A DNA stretch of 64,000 nt from assembly GCA_013815775.1 (NCBI GenBank), contig JACDFN010000003.1, positions 14,354-78,353 of the forward strand, read 5' to 3'. Positions within the stretch are counted from its first letter, which is position 1. Every line of letters begins with the position of its first letter. The position numbers and the translations under genes were made by a program. The notes below the pieces were generated by a model that saw nothing but the letters and a program-made list of their open reading frames with translations, was not told where the DNA came from and searched no databases. This DNA is from Candidatus Saccharimonadota bacterium (GTDB taxonomy: Bacteria; Patescibacteriota; Saccharimonadia; Saccharimonadales; UBA10212). This document shows positions 9,866 through 20,431 of this stretch, piece by piece.

Positions 9866-10906
9866 ATGAATATACTGAGTGGGGTATCAGACTTTTTTGG
9901 ACTTGACATCGGTAGCACTGCGCTGCGAGCCGTGTTACTGCGTGGCACAGGGCCTATAAAAGCACTGGAGCGGTATTACCAAATGCCTATCGACAGCACA
10001 ATTACGCTTAGTGATTCCAACATGGATCAGCAAAAGCTGGCCGGAGTTATCAAAGATTTTATACACAAGTCAGGTATTTCAAGTAAGAACGTGGCCGTTA
10101 ACCTACCTTCACACAGGGTCTTTACAACTGTAGTTGATATGGACAAAATGCCCATGGACGAGCTAGCTAAAGCAATTCATTATCAAGCCGAGTCGTTTAT
10201 CCCAACCAACCCAGACCAGTCAAAAGTAGATTGGGCGGTAATAGGTGACTCTCCGAAAGATCCTAAGAAATTAGAAATTCTTTTAACCAGTGTGCCAAAC
10301 GAATTCGTAGAGAGACGGCTAGATTTAATCGAGGCCATAGGCTTGAACGTTATTGCTTTTGAACCCGACAGTATTGCACTGGCCAGAGCTGTTGTCCCTG
10401 TAGACCTAGCTACCCCGCAGCTAATACTTGACGTGGGAAGTAAAGCTACTGATTTGGTCATAGCTATGAACGGGGCTCCTCATTTATCTAGGGCAATCCC
10501 TGTAGGATCAGAAGCTATTATTAGAACCGCCATGCAAAACCTGAGCATCGATCAAGCTCAGGCCGAGCAATTCATATTTAAGTTTGGACTCGGCAAAGAC
10601 AAAGTTGAGGGTCAAATCTACAGTGCCATCATCGGTACAATCGACAATCTTATGTCCGAAATTGAAAAATCAATAAAATTTTTCCAAAGCAGGTATCCGA
10701 ACACTAAATTAGAAAGAATTATAGTTACTGGTGGGGCATCTTCAATGCCGGAGTTACCGCTACATATCGCAAACCGCTTTGGAATCAGCGTAGAGATAGG
10801 CAATGCTTGGCGAAATGTTTCTTTTCCTTCCAGTAAACAAAACGAACTGCTAGCTGTTTCTAACCATTTTGCAGTTGCGGTAGGACTGGCGGAGAGGGCG
10901 GCATGA
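9866..10906 (+). CDS. pilM: Type IV pilus assembly protein PilM
   Basis: FGLDIGS actin-like fold, LILDVGS, IIVTGG, AVAVGLA. Confidence 0.95.
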   Translation: MNILSGVSDFFGLDIGSTALRAVLLRGTGPIKALERYYQMPIDSTITLSDSNMDQQKLAGVIKDFIHKSGISSKNVAVNLPSHRVFTTVVDMDKMPMDELAKAIHYQAESFIPTNPDQSKVDWAVIGDSPKDPKKLEILLTSVPNEFVERRLDLIEAIGLNVIAFEPDSIALARAVVPVDLATPQLILDVGSKATDLVIAMNGAPHLSRAIPVGSEAIIRTAMQNLSIDQAQAEQFIFKFGLGKDKVEGQIYSAIIGTIDNLMSEIEKSIKFFQSRYPNTKLERIIVTGGASSMPELPLHIANRFGISVEIGNAWRNVSFPSSKQNELLAVSNHFAVAVGLAERAA

Positions 10907-11604
10907 AGATTCAATTCAACCTGCTTCCCGACGTAAAGCAGCAGTATCTAAAGACTCAGCGTACTAAACGGAACGTAATGCTTATTGCAACATTAGTAAG
11001 CGGGATAGCAGTCTTTCTTTTGCTTATAATGCTCAGCACCGTCTACATAATTAATAAAAAACAAATTAGTGACGCCGAAAAGGATATAACAAAGTACACA
11101 AACGAAGTTAAAGCCATTCCGGATATCAATAAGATTTTAACTGTTCAGTCCCAACTGGAGTCTTTAATAGAGTTGCATAAGAATAAAAAAGCGGTATCGC
11201 GTCTATTCCAATATTTACCACAGCTTACCCCCAACAATATTTTCCTGGGCTCTTTGTCTATGGATTTTTCTACAAATACTATGGAAATTGACGGTACTAC
11301 AGACACCCAGAAAACTATCAATACTTTTATTGATACTCTAAAATTCACTACCTATAAACTGGATGGCAAGGACACCAAGACAAGGGCGTTTCCGTCGGTC
11401 CTTGAAAGCAGCTTTGGTATCACCGAGAAAGGTGCCACCTACACTCTCACGATCCAATTTGACCCTACCTTATTTATTAATTCTCAAAAAGTAGAATTAA
11501 TTGTACCGGCCGGGCTGTCGACTACACGCTCTATTTTGAAAGATCCTACAAGCCTTCTATTTAACGGAGTTGTAGCTGAAGAACCCAAGGAAGGGGTACA
11601 GTAA
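10903..11604 (+). CDS. pilN: PilN-like protein
   Basis: N-terminal FNLLP motif, one TM segment, coiled coil; follows pilM. Confidence 0.85.
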   Translation: MKIQFNLLPDVKQQYLKTQRTKRNVMLIATLVSGIAVFLLLIMLSTVYIINKKQISDAEKDITKYTNEVKAIPDINKILTVQSQLESLIELHKNKKAVSRLFQYLPQLTPNNIFLGSLSMDFSTNTMEIDGTTDTQKTINTFIDTLKFTTYKLDGKDTKTRAFPSVLESSFGITEKGATYTLTIQFDPTLFINSQKVELIVPAGLSTTRSILKDPTSLLFNGVVAEEPKEGVQ

Positions 11605-12288
11605 ATGAAACTAGCTGTTTCTACTAAACATTTCCAGATCAACAAAGCCAATAACATGATCCTAGTCGTTATGGCGGTCTCGGCTATTATTACGGTTTTT
11701 TGCTTAGTTAGCGCCAAAGCACTTCTTAGCCAGGCCTCATACCAAAGAAAGGTAATTAGCGAAAAGGATAAAGCAGTTGACCAGCTGAAAGAAAACGTTA
11801 AAGCGGGCAAAGAGCTGGCCGCTCAGTACAACGTCTTTGAGAAAGCCGACCCCAACATAATTGGTGGTAAGGGAGGAGATTTACCCGGTGAAGGCCCGCT
11901 TGACGGAGATAATCCCAGAATAGTATTAGACGCGCTTCCTAGCCAATACGATTTTCCAGCTCTGGCTTCTAGCGTTGAGAAAATAGTCACCAGTGCCGCC
12001 CTTATACCATCAGAACTGGGAGGGACCGATGAAGGCCAAGATAGTTTGGCGGCTCCGGAACCAACTGCTAACCCAACCCCGTCCGAGATGGGCTTCACCC
12101 TAGAGGTTAGTAATACTTATTTAACCCTTCAGACATTAATTAAAGATCTAGAGCGTTCCATAAGGCCTATCGATGTTCAAACTGTAGAGTTTGCCGGTAA
12201 AGAAGATGCCATGACCTTAACTATAAAAGCCAGAACATACTTTCAGCTGGGCTCGGGATTTGTTGTTGGGCAGAAGGAGGTTAAGTAG
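11605..12288 (+). CDS. pilO: PilO-like protein
   Basis: TM, coiled coil, ALPSQYD, LERSIRPIDV; operon position. Confidence 0.8.
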   Translation: MKLAVSTKHFQINKANNMILVVMAVSAIITVFCLVSAKALLSQASYQRKVISEKDKAVDQLKENVKAGKELAAQYNVFEKADPNIIGGKGGDLPGEGPLDGDNPRIVLDALPSQYDFPALASSVEKIVTSAALIPSELGGTDEGQDSLAAPEPTANPTPSEMGFTLEVSNTYLTLQTLIKDLERSIRPIDVQTVEFAGKEDAMTLTIKARTYFQLGSGFVVGQKEVK

Positions 12289-12552
12289 ATGAAGCAAAAA
12301 GAATTTTTACTAATTGCTGTGATAGTTATCGTTTCGGCGGTTATATCAAGTATAGCCGCAAATGCTATATTCAACTCTTCTGACCAGCGTAAAGAGAAAG
12401 TGGCTGTCGTAGAGCCAATTAGCAGTAAGTTCCCACCTGTGCAAAATGATAGCGACTATCAAGCATTTTTCAATCCAAACGCAATTAACCCAACACAACT
12501 AATTAAGATTGGTACTAGCCAAAACACCACACCATTTAATGAAAAACCGTAG
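12289..12552 (+). CDS. Small membrane-anchored pilus operon protein (PilP-position)
   Basis: TM segment, C-terminal NP...PF; position in the pilMNO operon. Confidence 0.6.
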   Translation: MKQKEFLLIAVIVIVSAVISSIAANAIFNSSDQRKEKVAVVEPISSKFPPVQNDSDYQAFFNPNAINPTQLIKIGTSQNTTPFNEKP

Positions 12553-12567
12553 GGACGGGACCTACGA

Positions 12568-14361
12568 ATGAACGTCTTATCGCCTACCGTCCAGCAGCAC
12601 GTAGAAGAGATGCTGGTAAAAGACGGTGCAATAGACGATAGCAAGTTGGCCCAAATCAAAGAAAAGGCTAAGGCAAACAACGAGCCTTTCTTCAGTCTTC
12701 TTTTAAGCGAAGGTCATATAAATGATGAACAGCTTACCAAGACTTTGGCGGCTGTTTCCAAGGTTCCTTACGTAAACCTCAGCAAGGCCAGGATTGAACC
12801 AAAAATACTGGATTTACTCCCGCAAGATACAGCCGAACAGTTCATGGCAGTACCTCTTGGTAAAATGCAAAACCGGCTTGTGGTAGCAATGTTAGATGCC
12901 GATAATGTTCAAGCGGTTGATTTTTTGAGTAATAAAATAGGCAAAACCCTAAAAGTTTATGCGGCGAGCGAATCAGGCATTCGGCATATTCTAGAGCAAT
13001 ATCAACACTCAATCGAGCGCGGTGTTACATCCATGCTATCAAAGGTTCCTGAGGATCTAGGAGTTGAGGAGGGCGTGGTTGAATCTCTTCAGCCAAATTT
13101 AAGTAAGGTTAAAACCATAGTTCAGGACTCTCCTATCGCAAAAGCCTTGGCTGCAATTATGGATTACGCTGGCAAAAATCGGGCTAGTGATATTCATATA
13201 GAACCCCTTGAGAAAGAACTAAAGATACGTTGCCGTATTGACGGAGTATTACAGGAAGTCATGAAACTGCCCAAAAGCGCCGAAGCAGCTATGGTCAGCC
13301 GCATAAAGATTTTAAGCAATCTAAAAATTGATGAACACCGCATACCTCAGGATGGTAATTTTTCTATTACCGTTGATGGCCGGCCTGTAGACCTTAGGAT
13401 TGCAATCAGCCCAGTGGTATGGGGGGAGCAGGTAGTTATGAGGCTACTAGACAAAACTGGAACCAGTCTAAAGCTTGAAGATATGGGTTACCGCGGCAGG
13501 GCACTAAGGGCACTTAGAAGCGGGCTAAAACAGCCTTACGGAATGATTTTGACCTCCGGTCCTACTGGTTCGGGTAAATCAACCTCTATGTACGCTATGA
13601 TTCAAGAAATAAAAAATGATTCCATTAATATAGTTACCCTTGAAGATCCAGTAGAATATAAAATTGAGGGCGTAAACCAGATTCAGGTAAACCCAGATGT
13701 TGGTTTAACCTTTGCTACCGGGCTACGCTCAATTCTACGTCAAGACCCTGATGTCGTTATGGTAGGAGAGATTCGAGACAAGGAAACAGCCAGCTTGGCC
13801 GTACAAGCAGCACTTACGGGTCACTTAGTGTTTTCTACACTCCATACCAACAGTGCCGCGGGAATTTTACCACGCTTGCTCGATATGGGGGTGGAACCTT
13901 TTTTAATTGCCAGCACAGTCCACACTGTTATAGGCCAGCGTCTGGTTCGAAAAGTAGTACCAGGCGGTGAAAAATATCAGTCTACTAAAGCCGAAACCGC
14001 AGAAATTCATGAAACCTTAAAAGACTTATTACCAAAAACCAAAGATGAGATCACCAAGAAAGCGGATGACTTGGGCTTTGACGACTTGCCACTAGACGAC
14101 CAAAATGCTTATACTTTAGTCAAAGGTAAACCAACCCCTGAGAACCAAACAGGGTACCAGGGTCGGATGGGCCTTTACGAAGTGTTTGAGGTTACAGAGA
14201 AAATTCAGGACTTAATAATTAAACATTCCACAAGTTCTGAAATTCAAAGAATGGCTCAATCTCAAGGCATGGTAACCATGCGCCAAGACGGTTACTTAAA
14301 AGCACTAGCAGGGAAAACAACACTTCTAGAAGTTAATAGAGTAGCGTCAACCGAAGCATAA
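12568..14361 (+). CDS. pilB: Type IV pilus extension ATPase PilB (GspE/PulE)
   Basis: ASDIHIEP, GPTGSGKST, LRQDPDVVMVGEIRD, TLHTN. Confidence 0.95.
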   Translation: MNVLSPTVQQHVEEMLVKDGAIDDSKLAQIKEKAKANNEPFFSLLLSEGHINDEQLTKTLAAVSKVPYVNLSKARIEPKILDLLPQDTAEQFMAVPLGKMQNRLVVAMLDADNVQAVDFLSNKIGKTLKVYAASESGIRHILEQYQHSIERGVTSMLSKVPEDLGVEEGVVESLQPNLSKVKTIVQDSPIAKALAAIMDYAGKNRASDIHIEPLEKELKIRCRIDGVLQEVMKLPKSAEAAMVSRIKILSNLKIDEHRIPQDGNFSITVDGRPVDLRIAISPVVWGEQVVMRLLDKTGTSLKLEDMGYRGRALRALRSGLKQPYGMILTSGPTGSGKSTSMYAMIQEIKNDSINIVTLEDPVEYKIEGVNQIQVNPDVGLTFATGLRSILRQDPDVVMVGEIRDKETASLAVQAALTGHLVFSTLHTNSAAGILPRLLDMGVEPFLIASTVHTVIGQRLVRKVVPGGEKYQSTKAETAEIHETLKDLLPKTKDEITKKADDLGFDDLPLDDQNAYTLVKGKPTPENQTGYQGRMGLYEVFEVTEKIQDLIIKHSTSSEIQRMAQSQGMVTMRQDGYLKALAGKTTLLEVNRVASTEA

Positions 14362-14399
14362 AACGAAGTTATTATGAAAAAAGAAAGGGTGGCAAAGAC

Positions 14400-15467
14400 A
14401 TGCAACAACAACCAAAAATAGAACTGCTGCTCGACGAAATCGTAAAACGTAAAGCATCTGACCTTCACTTACAGGTAGGTTTACCTCCCATGATGCGCGT
14501 AGATGGTGCTTTGTTGGCTATCCACGGATCAGCCCCGCTAAACGAAGAAGCAGTCGAGATCCTTATTTTTAGCTTGCTCGACGAAGATCAAAAACAAATT
14601 CTGCTTAGAGATAAGGAGTTCGATTTCAGCTTTGCCTTCGGTGATCTGGGCCGCTTTCGAGTAAATGCTTTTCATGAACGGGGTAACTTGGCTGCTGCCA
14701 TGCGGCTGATTCCTCACGAAATTCCAACTATCGAACAGTTGGGGCTACCTACTATTATTAACAAATTTACCGAATACCCCCGCGGTTTAGTCCTAGTGAC
14801 TGGCCCTACGGGATCTGGTAAGTCTACTACCTTAGCCGCCTTGGTTAACAGAATTAATAGCGAACGCGCAGTACACATTATTACTGTAGAGGATCCTATT
14901 GAATATACTCATGTGTCGAAAAGAGCAGTAATTGTCCAGCGCGAAGTACACTATGATACTTTTAGCTTTTCTACAGCTCTCCGCTCAGCACTACGTGAAG
15001 ATCCAGACGTAGTTCTTATAGGTGAAATGCGCGATTTAGAAACAATTGCAGCGGCAATTACAATCGCAGAAACCGGCCACTTAGTTTTTGCTACGCTACA
15101 TACCAACAGTGCTGCCCAAAGTATCGATCGTATGGTAGACGTTTTTCCACCCCACCAGCAACCGCAGATTAGAGCCCAGCTTAGCAATATTCTTATGGCA
15201 ATTTGCTCTCAGCGTCTGATACCAGCTATCGGAAGCGGACGAATTGCGGCGGCTGAGATACTAATAGCCACCCCAGCAGCCCGGAACATCATTCGCGAGG
15301 GTAAATCATACCAACTTGAGGCAGTTATTCAAACAGGAGCGGAGTTTGGTATGCAGAGCATGGACAAAACACTAGTGGGTCTTATCCATGGGGGCATCAT
15401 AAGTTATGATGAAGCTAGAAATTATGCGGTTGATCTTCAAGAACTTGATAGGTTTATGAGAGGCTAG
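14400..15467 (+). CDS. pilT: Retraction ATPase PilT
   Basis: ASDLHL, GPTGSGKST, ALREDPD, ARNIIRE, GMQSMD. Confidence 0.96.
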   Translation: MQQQPKIELLLDEIVKRKASDLHLQVGLPPMMRVDGALLAIHGSAPLNEEAVEILIFSLLDEDQKQILLRDKEFDFSFAFGDLGRFRVNAFHERGNLAAAMRLIPHEIPTIEQLGLPTIINKFTEYPRGLVLVTGPTGSGKSTTLAALVNRINSERAVHIITVEDPIEYTHVSKRAVIVQREVHYDTFSFSTALRSALREDPDVVLIGEMRDLETIAAAITIAETGHLVFATLHTNSAAQSIDRMVDVFPPHQQPQIRAQLSNILMAICSQRLIPAIGSGRIAAAEILIATPAARNIIREGKSYQLEAVIQTGAEFGMQSMDKTLVGLIHGGIISYDEARNYAVDLQELDRFMRG

Positions 15468-15474
15468 TTGAGAC

Positions 15475-16704
15475 ATGCTAACTTATACTTATACGGCCAG
15501 GGAAAGCTCCACCGGGAAGAAAATAAAAGCTGAGCTTCAAGCCGAATCTGAAAAAGCAGCAGCAAAGTTGCTCAAGGAACGCGGCCTACAAGCCCTTGAA
15601 ATAACCCAAGAGGGAGGTAAGAAGAGTCCCTTAGACAAGATTTTAAAGCGAATCCCTACTAAAGAAAAAGTTATATTCTCGCGCCAGCTCTCAACCCTTA
15701 TAAACGCCGGTCTACCCATAGTTCAGAGCCTTCAAAACGTTAGCGAACAGACTAGCAATAAGACTTTCAGTTCAATTATAAATAGCATTATTCAAGATGT
15801 TGAAGCGGGCTCATCTTTTTCAGTAGCGCTCTCAAAATATCCAAAGGTTTTCAACAATGTATATATTAGCCTTGTAGCCGCCGGAGAAACTTCTGGTACT
15901 TTGGACGTGTCACTTGAGCGATTAGCGAATCAGCAGGAAAAAGATGCTGACATCATCTCAAAAGTCCGAGGGGCCATGATTTATCCAATCATAGTTATGG
16001 TTGTAATGATGGCTGTGGTAATTTTCATGTTGACGACAGTTTTGCCTCAGGTGCAAGTTCTCTACGATGGCTTGCCTGGGGCAGAGTTACCGCTACTTAC
16101 TAAAGTTTTGCTTTCCATGTCTAACGCATTAATCAACTACTGGTGGATTTTTATAGTCATCTTGGTTTTCTTTGCCTTCATGTTCAGCAGGTGGGCACGT
16201 ACCGGACCAGGGAAGCAAGTGATAGACCAGTTAAAGATGACAATGTGGCCGGTAGGACCGTTGTTTGTCAAACTTTACATGGCTCGTTTTTCTAGGACAG
16301 GAGCCACCTTAGTGGGTAGCGGGGTTCCCCTGCTTCAAATGCTAGGTATTACTGCCGAGGCCGTTAACAACGTTCATATAGCTTCTTCCATAAATAAGGC
16401 TGCTGAGAAAGTTAAAGGCGGTAAATCTTTATCGGAAGGTCTTATGGGCGAGCCGCACTTTCCCGATCTAGTGCCTAATATGATTCGGATAGGCGAGCAA
16501 TCGGGCGCGATGGAAGCTATGATGGGCAAAAGCGCCGACTATTACGAGAAAGAAGTAGATAACCAAATTAAAGCAATATCGACACTCGTAGAGCCGGTAT
16601 TGATGATCATAATGGGCATAGTTGCCTTTCTGATAGTAGCTGCTGTTCTACTGCCTATATACGGCCTTGTAGGACATGTGGGTGTCAGCGGAGTAGGGAG
16701 GTAA
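15475..16704 (+). CDS. pilC: Pilus platform protein PilC (T2SS F family)
   Basis: FSRQLSTLINAGLP, GETSG, GEQSG, EPVL. Confidence 0.95.
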   Translation: MLTYTYTARESSTGKKIKAELQAESEKAAAKLLKERGLQALEITQEGGKKSPLDKILKRIPTKEKVIFSRQLSTLINAGLPIVQSLQNVSEQTSNKTFSSIINSIIQDVEAGSSFSVALSKYPKVFNNVYISLVAAGETSGTLDVSLERLANQQEKDADIISKVRGAMIYPIIVMVVMMAVVIFMLTTVLPQVQVLYDGLPGAELPLLTKVLLSMSNALINYWWIFIVILVFFAFMFSRWARTGPGKQVIDQLKMTMWPVGPLFVKLYMARFSRTGATLVGSGVPLLQMLGITAEAVNNVHIASSINKAAEKVKGGKSLSEGLMGEPHFPDLVPNMIRIGEQSGAMEAMMGKSADYYEKEVDNQIKAISTLVEPVLMIIMGIVAFLIVAAVLLPIYGLVGHVGVSGVGR

Positions 16705-16791
16705 AAAGCCTATTGCTTTTTATGAAAACACCGCCTAATATTAAACTAGTTTAAACATAAGCGCTAAGACGCAAAGGGGGCATTTGCCGTA

Positions 16792-17319
16792 ATGAAAAAT
16801 CTACTAAGAAAAGAAAGAAGCTCAGGGTTCACCATCATCGAAGTGATGATAGTACTGGCCATAGCCGGGCTTATCATGGTTATTGTGTTTATTGCTGTGC
16901 CTCAGCTTCAGCGAAACCAGCGGGACAACGCTCGCCAGAACATAGCAAACCGTATTAAAGCTGAAATTGAGACATACGCGGGTAATAATCAAGGCCAGTA
17001 TCCCTTCCAAACCGGAACAGGCACTGGAACGTGGAACGATTTTTATACTCGTTACGTAGCCAGCGGTAAAGTTAAGGTAACAGATCCATCTACAGGCAAT
17101 GATGTTATATCTGCCTCGCTTGGACAGCCTGTAGGCTATTCGAGTCCTACCAACCCAGCGCCACCAGACAGTAAAGGGGAGTTTGTAATTGCTTACGGCG
17201 CCAAGTGTGACGGAGAGTTATGGGCCGCTTCAGGTCTTGCCAATCCAACTACAAGGACCTATGCTCTCATGATAGGACTTGACCGTGATGAGACTCGTTA
17301 CTGCGTAGACAACGGCTAA
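16792..17319 (+). CDS. pilA: Type IV pilin, probable major pilin
   Basis: G|FTIIEVMIVLAI prepilin motif; followed by a strong terminator. Confidence 0.85.
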   Translation: MKNLLRKERSSGFTIIEVMIVLAIAGLIMVIVFIAVPQLQRNQRDNARQNIANRIKAEIETYAGNNQGQYPFQTGTGTGTWNDFYTRYVASGKVKVTDPSTGNDVISASLGQPVGYSSPTNPAPPDSKGEFVIAYGAKCDGELWAASGLANPTTRTYALMIGLDRDETRYCVDNG

Positions 17320-17333
17320 ACAAAAACGCTAAA

Positions 17334-17377
17334 AAATAAAAAAACGAGCGGAGTTTCACACCCGCTCGTTTTTATTT
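17334..17377 (+). terminator. Rho-independent terminator after the pilin gene
   Basis: AAAAACGAGCGG...CCGCTCGTTTTT. Confidence 0.85.
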
Positions 17378-17478
17378 GTTATTAAACCTTAACTTATTAA
17401 CGACTCTACCAGGGAATATTGTAGCAACGCATAACTAGTTTGGGCTCTGATAGCGGAGTTATGTTAGCATAAGGGGTA

Positions 17479-18309
17479 ATGACTGTTACTGTTATCTTCT
17501 TGATTTGGCTGGGGTTGGCTTTCGGTAGTTTCGTGTCGGCACTGACCTGGCGGGTACACGAACAATCAAAAACTAAGAATAATAAGAGGAACCTATCAAT
17601 CGTAACTGGACGAAGCCAGTGCACCCGCTGCGGCAAAACTTTAACTCCTAAGGACTTGATACCGGTGGTCAGTTGGCTTATTAACCGGGGTAAGTGTCGT
17701 TTTTGCGGTAAAAAAGTATCATGGCAGTACCCGGCAACAGAATTAGGCTTGATGACGGTGTTCGTTACATCCTATCTGTTTTGGCCCGGAGGCTTAGAAA
17801 GTGCGGGGGACTGGTTGCTATTTATAACCTGGCTGCTGAGCTCTGTGGGGCTCACGGCGCTACTTGTATACGACGCCCGCTGGATGATATTGCCCAACCG
17901 AATAATTTATCCTACGGCTCTGGTTGCTACCAGTGGCAGACTGGCATACATCATCGGCTTCGAAGAAAATAAAATTAGAGCGGCAGTGCTGTTAATTCTC
18001 AGCATAACGGTAGCCAGCGGTATATTTTGGTTGCTTTTTATGGTTTCGAATGGGCGATGGATAGGATTCGGTGACGTACGACTTGGTCTTATAACAGGAG
18101 CCATTCTAGCTTCACCGTCTAAAAGCTTCTTAATGATACTGCTGGCATCAGTACTGGGTACTCTTTTTGCTTTACCTGGTCTCTTAACGGGGGCCAAGAC
18201 GGCTGCCAGTAAGCTTCCATACGGTCCCTTTCTTATTGTGGCGACTTTTTTAGTACTCCTGTTTGGTGGCCCAATCCTGGACTGGTACAACAACATTTTT
18301 ATACCTTAA
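17479..18309 (+). CDS. pilD: Prepilin peptidase
   Basis: FGSF, RSQCxxC...CxxC, YD, GFGD, LPYGPFL. Confidence 0.95.
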   Translation: MTVTVIFLIWLGLAFGSFVSALTWRVHEQSKTKNNKRNLSIVTGRSQCTRCGKTLTPKDLIPVVSWLINRGKCRFCGKKVSWQYPATELGLMTVFVTSYLFWPGGLESAGDWLLFITWLLSSVGLTALLVYDARWMILPNRIIYPTALVATSGRLAYIIGFEENKIRAAVLLILSITVASGIFWLLFMVSNGRWIGFGDVRLGLITGAILASPSKSFLMILLASVLGTLFALPGLLTGAKTAASKLPYGPFLIVATFLVLLFGGPILDWYNNIFIP

Positions 18310-18333
18310 GATAGATGATGCTTATGCTATACT

Positions 18334-19176
18334 ATGACTATGCGAAATACCTTTGGTGGGTATACCCTTATAGAGGTAATGATTTTTTTAGGCGTCAGCG
18401 TGGTAATGCTATTTGCTGCTTATGTAGCAGTAGGGGGCCAGCAAGCCCATACAGAATTTACTACCAGTATGAACGATGTGAATACTAAACTACAGAAGTG
18501 GGCGGACGATGTTGCTAATGGATTTACCAGTGGTGGTGGCCAATATAGCTGCAACGTAGATCCCTTAAGTGATTATCCAGTACTGAGTGCCTCGTCCCCA
18601 GTTGAAAGGGGTGCTAACCCCAAGTGTATATTTTTGGGTAAAGCTATTCAATTTAATACTCAGACAGATTATAGTAACCAAATTTTTGCGTATCCTATGC
18701 TTGGAAAGCGGACATATACGCCTACTACAGGTGCACTGGTTAACGAGGAGACAGTTGTAGATAGCTTAGAGAATGCTAAGCCGATACCGGCTATTTTTGG
18801 CTCAATTGACCTTACAGAGGCTTATAAAATTCCTAGCGGTACCAGGATAATATCTGTTCAAAACAATACTGCCCCCACCAACAGTGCCGTAGCGGGCTTC
18901 TTCAGCAGTTTTAATACAGAAGACAGCTCTAGAACCAACGGCGCGACAACCTTACAGGCAGTTCAATTCCAGATAGACGCCACCGTTGCACCTAAATCAC
19001 CGGCGCTGATAGATTGCCTAAAACTAATAAGCCCTTGCACTACCACACCAGCAGCTATGTCAGAGTGGAAGGTTTGTTTTGGCAGCACTCGAAATGGCGA
19101 TACAGCAATAGTAAGAATAACTAGCACTGAGGGTAGGGGAGTTGCTACTCGCCTAACTTTTGAGCCCTGTGTCTAG
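18334..19176 (+). CDS. Minor pilin (start may be 18340)
   Basis: G|YTLIEVMIFL motif. Confidence 0.85.
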   Translation: MTMRNTFGGYTLIEVMIFLGVSVVMLFAAYVAVGGQQAHTEFTTSMNDVNTKLQKWADDVANGFTSGGGQYSCNVDPLSDYPVLSASSPVERGANPKCIFLGKAIQFNTQTDYSNQIFAYPMLGKRTYTPTTGALVNEETVVDSLENAKPIPAIFGSIDLTEAYKIPSGTRIISVQNNTAPTNSAVAGFFSSFNTEDSSRTNGATTLQAVQFQIDATVAPKSPALIDCLKLISPCTTTPAAMSEWKVCFGSTRNGDTAIVRITSTEGRGVATRLTFEPCV

Positions 19177-19186
19177 TAGGGTAAAT

Positions 19187-19723
19187 ATGAGAATGCGAAG
19201 AATAAAGACATCAAACCGGAACCGAAACAGAGGTGACACACTCGTAGAAGTCTTGCTTTCCATAGCTATCGTTGGACTGGCTATTGCCAGTAGCTACGCA
19301 CTTGCCACCAGAGCACTGCGTCAAGCAATTACAGCCAGCGAGCGAACAGAAGCTCTTAAAATCGCCGAAGGACAGGTAGAATCTCTGAAATTTAGGCAAT
19401 TGAATTCATCGCCCACTAACTGGGCTGCTAATTTTGTTGAAGCTACAAACTTCTGCTTAGACACCTCGGCTATAACTCAGAACCAGTCAACTTGGGCGCC
19501 TGTCCAGAATCCTGGCTCCGACCCAACAACTTTAACGGCCGCCAACTACGACCTCGATACGTGTGCTATCAACCGAACAGGCTATGAGAAGTATTTTATT
19601 AATATCAGTATTGCCCCTGGCCTGAATGCTCAGGCGAAGAAATATCCAACATACCTAGTTAAAGTAACTTGGGACGGTATCAACGGTTCACAGAATCAAT
19701 CACAACTTTACTTTAGGTTTTAA
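19187..19723 (+). CDS. Minor pilin (PilV-like)
   Basis: G|DTLVEVLLSIAI motif. Confidence 0.85.
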   Translation: MRMRRIKTSNRNRNRGDTLVEVLLSIAIVGLAIASSYALATRALRQAITASERTEALKIAEGQVESLKFRQLNSSPTNWAANFVEATNFCLDTSAITQNQSTWAPVQNPGSDPTTLTAANYDLDTCAINRTGYEKYFINISIAPGLNAQAKKYPTYLVKVTWDGINGSQNQSQLYFRF

Positions 19724-19726
19724 GCT

Positions 19727-20422
19727 ATGAAGACACTAGACAAACAATCGGGTGGTGTAAACTTGAATAACTCTGAAAAGTCAGCTGGATTTACCATAAT
19801 CGAACTGCTTCTAGCCACGATTATTTTTTCTGTCGTACTGGTAGTAATTTTGGCTGCTTTTCTACAAATTGGCCGGCTTTTATACAAGGGTATTAGTTAT
19901 GCCAGCACCAGCCAAGCAGCCCGCTCAATAACAGAAAATATTGCCGACGACATACGCTTCGCTCAGCAGGTTTCTTGTATAGATCAAAATGGAGTACTGC
20001 CAGCCTGTCAAGTCAGTAGCAATACTTATTATTTCTGCATTGGACTGCACCGTTACAGCTTTACTCTAAGGGAAAAAGTTACCGATTTTGGTAACCCAAG
20101 CTCCTTAAAGGGAGTGAAAAGGACTACTATTATCGGCGGCTGTCCTTCACCAGCCGTAGCGGCTGGCAGTGACCCACAGCAACTTTTGGGGCCGGATATG
20201 CAACTGAACAAATTCGATATAGAATGTGCTTACGAGCGCTGTAACATAGAGCTACACATTATTTATTACGGTTTTGATACGGAAGTATTTGCCTCAACCG
20301 CAAACCCCGATAACCCAGCGGCGGCCATAAATGACCCCGAACCTTACTGTACAGGCGGGTTAATAAGTTCTCAGTTCTGTGCCACAGCTACCATAAAGAC
20401 AACCGTAAACTTTAGGGAATAG
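19727..20422 (+). CDS. Minor pilin (PilW-like)
   Basis: G|FTIIELLLA motif. Confidence 0.85.
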   Translation: MKTLDKQSGGVNLNNSEKSAGFTIIELLLATIIFSVVLVVILAAFLQIGRLLYKGISYASTSQAARSITENIADDIRFAQQVSCIDQNGVLPACQVSSNTYYFCIGLHRYSFTLREKVTDFGNPSSLKGVKRTTIIGGCPSPAVAAGSDPQQLLGPDMQLNKFDIECAYERCNIELHIIYYGFDTEVFASTANPDNPAAAINDPEPYCTGGLISSQFCATATIKTTVNFRE

Positions 20423-20431
20423 GTAAAGCAT